A DNA stretch of 44,038 bases from Nemertoderma westbladi (taxonomy: Eukaryota; Animalia; Xenacoelomorpha). The notes beneath the pieces are model-generated. The model made no database searches. It had not been told where the DNA came from and worked only from the letters and a program-made list of their open reading frames with translations. Both the position numbers and the translations under genes were made by a program. Position 1 is the stretch's first letter. Every line of letters starts with the position of its first letter. Positions 1 through 9,000 of this stretch are shown in pieces. The stretch is from positions 1-44,038 of the forward strand of contig JAUCBJ010001487.1 of NCBI GenBank assembly GCA_032718475.1. Reading direction: 5' to 3'.

Positions 1-5
1 GGACA

Positions 6-2048
6 CTAAAACAAATAATGCTGCATCTGTCCGAGCAGGAGATCCATCCCCCGTCGTCTCTCGTCCACCCATTCGACCGCCGAAGCGGGAGTCGCCAACA
101 TTGTAGCGGGCGGACGAGGGACAACGGGCGACAAATCCTGAATATTTCGCTCGGGGTCCAGGACCTGAACTGTCTCCTGGGCAGTTCTACTGGGCACAGG
201 TAGCTTAGTGCTATGCAGAGGGAATTTAGAAGTAGTTTCAGGGAGCACAGGTGTGTCTATCACCGAAGGGGTGATTTCAAGAACAGGCCTAATTATTTCA
301 GGCTCATCTACTATAGTAGGGAGTCTTTCTATTTTAATTATTTGGTCTGTGGGCTCTGTACTACCTAAGTTGGTGTTATTTAGTTGCCTTCTAACAGCTG
401 GAGGCAAATCAGGCAATTTCTGACGGTGGAATGTTCTTTTACGTCTGCTTAGACGAGATCTATTTCCTTTGCCTTCAGTATCGGTGGTATCGCCTTCTTC
501 AGATGATGTATATCCCTGTCTTTTGGGAGTAGATCGATTCATCATCTGCATATTACTAGCTGTTAACTGTTTATTTATGCAGTCTTGATTCTCCTGAATG
601 TTTTCCAATTCTAATTGGGTGGTTTCTTCAGTCGCTCTCCATTCTGCTTCTGCCACTGCCTCTGCCGCCTTTCTTTCAGCTTCAGCCGCTTTTGCTTCTG
701 CAGCTGCCGCTGCCGCTGCCGCTTTTCTTTCAGCTTCGGCCGCTTTTGCCTCTGCCGCTGCCTTTGCCGCTGCCGCTGCCGCTTTTCTTTCAGCTTTGGC
801 CGCTTTTGCCTCTGCCGCTGCCTCTGCCGCTGCCGCTTTTCTTTCTGCTTCTGCAGCTACCACTGCTGCTTTCTTTCTGTCTTCTATGCGTTTTTTCTTT
901 ACTTGTTCTTCTTGGACTCGTGTCAGGCGGAGTTGTTCATCAAATTTAGCCTGATTCGCAGCCCTCATTTCCACATCGATGGCATCCAACACAAGCTTGG
1001 TTCCTTCACTATTAGGGCTAAGTCCCTCTAACCTTCTCCTCAACTCGTCATCACCTAAAAAACGTTGATAGTCTGACAGATAGATGTCAATGGCATCCCT
1101 CTTATGCGGTTTCTCTGCCGTCGCTTCACTTTCCACTTGGGAAAAAGTAGCGTCTGTTGATTCTCCATGGGTTGATCGCTCCTCCAGCTGAGCTTTCCAC
1201 CGAGCTGTTCCTTGAACCTGGAGACTCACCCGTTGAAACCAAGTCTTTACGGCAACTTGCAACGACGTGTCTTGTCTTCGTTTAGAAGCCTCCTCAAAGG
1301 CTGATAAGATTAGCCTGATTCGCAGAATTCTTTCTCTAACTTGATAAAGCAGTTGTCCCTGCTCTTGAGGTCCTTGTGGTTGTTGAAACAGTTGTCCTTT
1401 TACTCGCTCCATAGAGCTGAAGAATCCCTGTGCGTATCCGGCTGCGGACCTCTTCCACACAGCTGGATCGATGGTTTCCTTGGCTACTCCCATCCGGTGT
1501 ATGTCCTCCCAGGCAGCTTCTGATAAATCAAACGGGAGTCCGGGTCCGGGGAAGTTCCATTGCGACTCGACCATGGACTTCAGTTCTTCCCTTGTGTATC
1601 CAGCATAACTATCTCTAGTTGAACGCTGGCTTCTCGCCCAATCGATCTGGTGTTCTTCCACAGCGATCAATAACCTAGTGAGTACGGCTGCAGGAAGGAT
1701 GAGAAGGGGATCTGAATAAGCCTCATCCGTCATCCTTGCTCCGCGCTCGGGTGTCAGTTCTGCAGTATCTTCACTACTGGAGCTGTCGGGCCGCTGAGAA
1801 ATAACTTCTTGGCTCGCGGGTTGTCGCTGTTCCGCTGCTTCTTGGTTCCGCTTGACCTGAGCTCGCGTGCCTATGATAGACCTACGATGTTGGACCAGCC
1901 TAGGTTCTCTTATTACTACTGGAGGGATGACCTTCCTCACAGTGGGAGGTGAACTGAACTTACGACTAGACGGTTCTACGCCTCTATCTGAGTCGCAGAT
2001 AGTTACATCTAATAAACTGTCTGACAGGTTCTGCTTAGTATCAGACAT
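6..2048 (-). CDS. Orphan 680-aa protein with an Ala/Glu/Lys-rich helical repeat; probably mobile-element-borne
   Basis: Long intronless ORF with aaacATG context, GC-richer than its flanks. Contains AEAERKAAAAAA-type repeats, basic clusters and a Pro-rich tail. No recognisable catalytic motif, signal peptide or TM segment. Confidence 0.6.
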   Translation of the reverse strand: MSDTKQNLSDSLLDVTICDSDRGVEPSSRKFSSPPTVRKVIPPVVIREPRLVQHRRSIIGTRAQVKRNQEAAEQRQPASQEVISQRPDSSSSEDTAELTPERGARMTDEAYSDPLLILPAAVLTRLLIAVEEHQIDWARSQRSTRDSYAGYTREELKSMVESQWNFPGPGLPFDLSEAAWEDIHRMGVAKETIDPAVWKRSAAGYAQGFFSSMERVKGQLFQQPQGPQEQGQLLYQVRERILRIRLILSAFEEASKRRQDTSLQVAVKTWFQRVSLQVQGTARWKAQLEERSTHGESTDATFSQVESEATAEKPHKRDAIDIYLSDYQRFLGDDELRRRLEGLSPNSEGTKLVLDAIDVEMRAANQAKFDEQLRLTRVQEEQVKKKRIEDRKKAAVVAAEAERKAAAAEAAAEAKAAKAERKAAAAAAKAAAEAKAAEAERKAAAAAAAAEAKAAEAERKAAEAVAEAEWRATEETTQLELENIQENQDCINKQLTASNMQMMNRSTPKRQGYTSSEEGDTTDTEGKGNRSRLSRRKRTFHRQKLPDLPPAVRRQLNNTNLGSTEPTDQIIKIERLPTIVDEPEIIRPVLEITPSVIDTPVLPETTSKFPLHSTKLPVPSRTAQETVQVLDPERNIQDLSPVVPRPPATMLATPASAVEWVDERRRGMDLLLGQMQHYLF

Positions 2049-2129
2049 GTTTATGTGTACAGTTGAATGTCTACTGCTGTATTACAGTCTGAGCAAGTCT
2101 AGTAACTCAGTATTAACTGCTAGCCTAGT

Positions 2130-2540
2130 AATTAATTACCGGTACTGCTACTCAGTGTAGCGTGATATATATAATATATTAGAATACCGGTATGCTTATA
2201 GTATATATAACTATTATTACAGACTAGGTTTATCACAGAATACCGGTATAATTTTAGCACAAATATATATAAATATATAATAGGCCTATCGGAATACCGG
2301 TATACAGCTTACAGTTTGTAGTATATATAATTCTGGACTAGAATTAATTACAAGTACCGGTATAATTTCAGCCTAAATTTATAGAAATAAAGATAATAGG
2401 CTTATCGTAAATACCGGTATACAGTTTACACTTATAGTGTATATATATAAGTATAATTACAAACTAGAATTAATTACAGATATTTAAAAATAAATTTATA
2501 GAAATAAATATAATAAGCCTATTGTAAATACCGGTATATC
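2130..2540. repeat. Degenerate ~115-bp AT-rich tandem repeat with TACCGGTA palindromes
   Basis: Recurrent aataccggtat and ctagaattaattac motifs, about 3.5 periods. Confidence 0.65.
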
Positions 2541-3474
2541 AATTATTTTAAATAACTGAATTTCTGAATTTCAAGGGTTACTTGGTTACCTTACTTACTT
2601 TATTACCGTTATTTGAGCAGTAATCCAACTGATATTGAGACCTAATGGTTGTATGGCAGGCCTACTATTTATAAATCGTTAGATTTGATTTATAATAAAT
2701 ATATACCCGTTTTAATGGGCTTTAGTCAATGCTTGAAATAAATGTTATTATTTCTGGGGAGTAATCACTACACAAAGCGGTGCGCTTTTAGTGAAGTGTT
2801 ACTTATAGGACACTAAAACAAATAATGCTAATTTACCTAAGTTACTTAATACTACAAATTACGTACAATTCGGGTGAGATTACAATCTCTAAATAAACAC
2901 AAAAATTTACAAAAACACAAAATACGAATTTTCAGGGTAATTTTACAAGAAGTCTACAAACCAGCCTAACAAAGGGTTAGAATTCTGGTTATTACAACGG
3001 ACAGGGTACTGCGGTATTTGAAAATAATACGTAGTAGTAAATACACTGCGTTGTCCAGATAGGAAAATACCACCGCCTGACGACCTATAGCCGTGTCGCT
3101 ATAGGTACTACGTTATGTATCACGGAGTGTTCCTACCTAGAAGTTAATAGAGCTAATCGAACGTGCCTATCAACCACTTTACAACACAAATATAATGAAT
3201 ACACTAATTACTTTCGGAAAGCACTGTACACTAAACCCTAAATTAGGTACGAGTACTTGTACAACAGATAATCAGTAGTTAAATATACTTGAACAGTTAA
3301 AAGAACCACGGCATCTGCTGGAGTGACCGGTGCACAAAATCACCAGTCTTTACCTACGCCAAGCAGCCCGTGTAGTACCGGGGTTAATTTAACTATAGCG
3401 GTATGTATAACAAACACAATTATTGTAGGAACAAACTTGGGGAATGAATGTTGCGAATAATCGCATAAACTCTG

Positions 3475-4340
3475 AATAATAAATATTACGCTACGCGTAC
3501 AAACCACTCAAACAAAATGCAGACCAAACACTGACAGACTACTATCAAGCCTAAATAAACTACAGGACATGCAGACTCCGAAATGATTAGGTAGTATGCG
3601 TTCTAACCCAGTAGTACGACTTATTCTTTAGTTGGGGGTTTACCTTACAGCATTGGCTGCCCCTACTTCCTAACCGTTCTTTATCGGACAGGTGATCTAC
3701 ATACACTGCAATCCGTTCAGACCTAATAACAGCCAGACAACTATCCAGCCTACAAATTATCTAAATAAATATTATACGCTACCTGTACAGACTACACAAA
3801 CAAAGTACAGACTAAACGATGGCAGACTACTCTCAAGCCTAAATAAACTACAGGACATGCAGACTCCGAAATGATTAGGTAGTATGCGTTCTAACCCAGT
3901 AGTACGACTTATTCTTTAGTTGGGGGTTTACCTTACAGCATTGGCTGCCCCTACTTCCTAACCGTTCTTTATCGGACAGGTGATCTACACACACTGCAAT
4001 CCGTTCAGACCTAATAACAGCCAGACAACTATCCAGCCTACAAATTATCTAAATAAATATTATACGCTACCTGTACAGACTACACAAACAAAGTACAGAC
4101 TAAACGATGGTAGACTACTCTCAAGCCTAAATAAACTACAGGACATGCAGACTCCGAAATGATTAGGTAGTATGCGTTCTAACCCAGTAGTATGACTTAT
4201 TCTTTAGTTGGGGGTTTACCTTACAGCATTGGCTGCCCCTACTTCCTAACAGTTCTTTATCGGACAGGTGATCTACACACACTGCAATCCGTTCAGACTT
4301 AACAGCAATCAGACAACAGTTCAACCTACAAATTGTCTGC
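3475..4340. repeat. 288-bp tandem repeat, about 3 copies
   Basis: Near-identical blocks; the ORFs at 3692 and 3980 are the same sequence 288 bp apart. Confidence 0.93.
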
Positions 4341-5792
4341 ACAATATGATCAGGCTTACACGCCTTCTGTTCAATACTGGCCTACAAATAAATAAAACTG
4401 ACAGAAATAAGTAAGCTCCAAAAGAAACAAGGGGTGTACAGTCCCTAATCTCTTAAACAGCCTACCGGTATACAACAATCAAATCGAATAATACTAATGT
4501 ACTTATACGGGAAGTACCGGTTAGGACAGTTGGGCCTACGGACCTACAGAAGTACCGGTTCTGGCAGTTGGACCTATGGGCCTACAGCAGTACCGGTTCT
4601 GGCAGTTGGGCCTACTGACCTACAGATGTACCGTTCAGGTTTACCGGTTGACCGGTACTTTCAACTTTATTGCTTACTGCAATAAAGAAGCTATATCCGT
4701 TATTGTTCGCGCTTTCAGACCTTTGGCAGTTTAACCCGCCAAATTAGGATGTCTTCTAGATAATAAATCACTTTTAGCCTATGACAAGTATTTAATTCAC
4801 TACACTAGTCGAAACCAATCTGTGCGCGATCATTCACCCGCTGGATATACCCGGGAGATTGGGTTCGACGGCTTAATCTTATTGCTATGTAAGCTTAATG
4901 TATTATTCGACTGACAGTATTATATAATCTCTGACAATATTATTCACCTTCGGGGAATATTAACAGTTCCTTTAGGACGTGGCGCTCTATCTATATAAAC
5001 AGAGTTATGACTTAAACTACTCACAACGATATGGCTTAGTTATAATTCACATATATGGCGCATTCTTTAGGAAATGCTTCGTTATCAGTCTCACTCATAC
5101 ACAATGCTGCACAATACTGCACACTAATCTGCCGTTCTTCACTGATTTTAGTCACATATAAAAGGAACACGGACCGACTCATGTAGGGTCTATCAAATAA
5201 CATTAGATTCACTTCAAACCACTTTAACATAAGTCACAATCGTTATATATAACCTTTCTCTCTTACCTTCGGTATATCGAGAATATTGGGTTTTCGGGGT
5301 TATTTATCGTTATTCCAAATATAATAATTCATCAACCATATTATGAAGAACCGACAGTAAATAGCAGTATAACAATATAAACGTATGCACAGGTATGTGG
5401 TACATGCAGATCATCAGTCAGTTATGGTTTGTTGAGTTGAGTTATGTTTAGTTCATTAGTTTGATAACGGATTTATGTCCTTATAATTAAGCCTACTAGT
5501 GTTAAGCTAAAAACAGAAAGGCACAAAATATTTCCAAGCCGGTCTCTCCTGGCTCAGGACTGAATGTAAACACTGCACATAAAGCATTACGTGTGTAAGC
5601 CCCCGTTTGCCGTACCCGCCGCTATCATGAAGTAATCAAATAATCTCTCAATCTAATATAATATATAATCTTATCTCAATATATTCATAATCTCTAATAC
5701 AGTCCTATCGGTACATAAAATCCCATCTCGACTCCCAGACTCTCAGTCATATCTCCCAAAAACCCTCTTCCATGGCCTACTCTGTATCATAT

Positions 5793-5810
5793 CCTTACAT
5801 ATTCCCCCCG
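5793..5810 (-). promoter_or_regulatory. Candidate polypurine tract followed by TG start of a 3' LTR
   Basis: Minus strand reads ...ttttttttgtgc GGGGGGAA ta TGTAAGG, about 230 nt after the pol stop; typical Gypsy PPT/LTR layout. Confidence 0.6.
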
Positions 5811-6037
5811 CACAAAAAAAAGGCACTCTTGCCACAGAGTGTCAAAAGAAAATTCGTAATAGCTAATACTGTAGCTCACAAAAAAATATACCGAAAAATA
5901 ATAAAATTAAGCACAAAACACATATATAAGCACAAAACAAAACAAAAAATGTAAATCTTATATTTCCCAAGAATAATAAAAATACGCACAAAAAAAATAT
6001 ATAAATCTCATATATTTATATCCCAAAAATAATAATT

Positions 6038-9000
6038 TTACTTCCCAGTATAGGACTGACTTGGTACTTCCGATTTACAATTTCGTAATCGGTCAATGTT
6101 TACAAATAAAATCTTTTCATGTGGCTTGTCAACCAATCTTATTTCCGCATTATTGGCGACAATTTTTAGAATTCTATAAGGCCCATGAAATGGCCTAGTG
6201 AGTTTATGATACTTTCCTTTCACCAAATCAGGTCGGTGAAGGAACACCCTATCTCCGACTCGATATGTGACTGATTTACGTTTTTTATCAAACTGTTCCT
6301 TATATTGCACCTGCGCCTTATTTATGTTGCGTCGTGCAATATCCCACGCCGTAGATAGATGATCTGACAACTCAGTTCTATAATCATCCAAATCCACTTG
6401 ATAGACTGTCCGAGGTCTATTCAAAGCCGTTTCGGTTGGCAATCGGGCATCCCGCCCATATAACAAAAAAAACGGCGATTCATTTGTACTAGAGTGTTGT
6501 GATGTTCTATAAGCAAACAATACACAAGGCAACACCCGATCCCAATCGTTATTGTGTCTGTCAGCTGTTTTGGCTAACATGTCTAACAACGTTCTGTTAA
6601 AACGTTCTATCATTCCATCCGTTTGAGGGTGAAATGCACTAGTATTAATTTTCCGAATCCCGCACAAATCGCAAACAGATAAAAATAAATCAGACAAAAA
6701 GTTAGTACCTCTGTCTGATAACAGCTCCCGAGGTACTCCATGCCTGCCAATAAAATCTATGAAACAATTTGCTACTGTCTCCGCTTTTTCATCTGGTACC
6801 GCATATGCCTCAATCCATTTTGTTAAATAGTCTCCAAATAAAATACACTTTTTATTACCCAGTTCCGTCAATGGTAAAGTTAAAACATCAACAGCTACTC
6901 GCTCAAATGGGCCCCCAACCGGTAAAGGTTGAAGCAAAGGCTTCTGCCCACGCCCAGGATTCCTCGTAGCACATTGCAAGCAACTGTGACACCAATGAAA
7001 AATATCAACCCGCATACGTGGCCACCAATATTGTAATCTTAGCACACTCCAATTTCTATGATCAGAGAGATGGCCAGCAAATTTACCCCCATGAATTTCA
7101 TTCCATATCTTAAATCTCCACTCCTTTGGGACAGCTAAACGCGGCTGCCGAAAATCAACATTATCTTCTACTTTATATAAAACACCGTCAATTAGAGTGG
7201 TATTATCAGAATTAGTTTTTACAAAATCTCTCATCTTTTTGTCACTGGGTACTATTTTAGATACATGAAAATCAATAAGTGCACGTAAATCAGAATCAGT
7301 ATACTGTAACTCTTTCAATAATTCCGTCTCCTCCCGTAACTTTTCAAAAGACTCACATATATTTGAGCTAGCACAAATACCGTTTTGGTTGCTAGTAGCA
7401 ACCGGAATTCTCGAAAGAGCATCAGCATTACCATTTGCTTTGCCCGGCCGATGAAAAACATGATCAGGATTAATATACTCATTGATATTAAATACCCACC
7501 GCGCTAATGGACCGGTTAATTCAGTACGCCCACGCAACAACCCCTTAATAGAAGCGTGGTCTGTATAAACAACATTACTACTTATTCGACCATATAAGTA
7601 TGTACGAAAATGATTACAGGCCCAGTTCAAACCCCATAATTCTAGATGAGGCGCACTGTACCTACGTTGTGCGTTATCAATATGTTTAGACGCATATGCA
7701 ATGGGATGTAACATCCCATCACGATCACAAATTTGTGATAAAATTGCACCAAAACCTATTTCACTCGCATCTGTTTCCAAAATAAAAGGTTTATCAAAAT
7801 CTGGATATTCTAGAACTGGTGTGGATACCAACCGGTTCTTTAGTTCCCAATATGCCAAGCGAGTGGAATTGGTCCAGACAAATACAGTATTTTTCCGTAA
7901 CAGTTCGTATAAAGGTTTAGCAATACTTCCATAGCCCTCAATAAAACGTCTATAATAGTTTGTTAACCCTAGAAAACCTCTAAGTGTTTTAAGGTTATGG
8001 GGCTCCGGATAATTCAGAACTTTATCAGTTTTTTTAGGGTCCGGGCTAATACCATTTCTAGAAATGATATGACCCAAGTAATTAGTTTGAGACTTAAAAA
8101 AGGTACATTTCCTTACTTTGAGTTTTACCTTTTTGGTTAATAACTGTTCTAGAATAAGTTTTACGTGGTTTAAATGGCTAATAAAGTCATCCGAGTTAAT
8201 TAATATGTCGTCAATAAATACGTTATATGGATTTTTCCCTACCACACTAATACCCCGCAACATTTTTTCCATAGCGCGTTGAAAAGATGCCGGAGCATTA
8301 CATAACCCGAAGGCTAACACAATAAATTCATAAAACCCTGACGAACAAGTGAAAGCTGTTTTGGGAATATCATCATAGGATAACGGAATTTGCCAATATC
8401 CCATGGCTAAATCTAGGGAGGTAAAGTACTTTGAAGAACGCAAATGCTCCAATATATCCTCAATATGGGGAAGAGGATAATTATCTTTGACCGTGTAACT
8501 ATTCAACTTCCGGTAGTCTACGCAAAACCGAACAGACCCATCGGGTTTCGCTGCTAGTACAATTGGGGAAGACCACGGACTCTGAGATGGCTGAATCACC
8601 CCCAAATCTAACATTTTCTTTATTTCCTTGGCCACAACTGCCTTTAATTCGTGGGGAGTCCTGCGAAGTCCCTGTTTAATAGGCGCCGTGGTACCCGTAT
8701 TAATACAATGTTCCGGTAAATCCGCTCTCCCAAATTCATCATCTGAGAGTTGGAATACATCGTGGTACTCTTTTAGTAGATTCAAAACCTCCGACTTTTG
8801 TTCTTCTGTCAAGTCCGTTTCCGATAAATCGATGCTGGATTCGAGTACCTTCTCGCGTTCCTTTACATTCGTTATTACTGCCGATAAACCATCCGCAACC
8901 GAATCTAGAACATTGGTGTCCGTGACATCCGTATCCGTGATTTCCGTTAGATTAATTGTACCATTATCGGCAATTAAGTTCGTACATTTCCCAATAGTTA

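Noticed and set aside
598-1031. Plus-strand Ala-, Cys- and Leu/Pro-rich ORFs
   Set aside because: Antisense shadows of the repeat within the 680-aa ORF.
6-2048. Calling the 680-aa ORF env or TolA
   Set aside because: No signal peptide or TM anchor; the Ala/Lys/Glu similarity is compositional only.
3475-4340. Hammerhead ribozyme in the 288-bp repeats
   Set aside because: No CUGANGA plus GAAA core found on either strand by eye.
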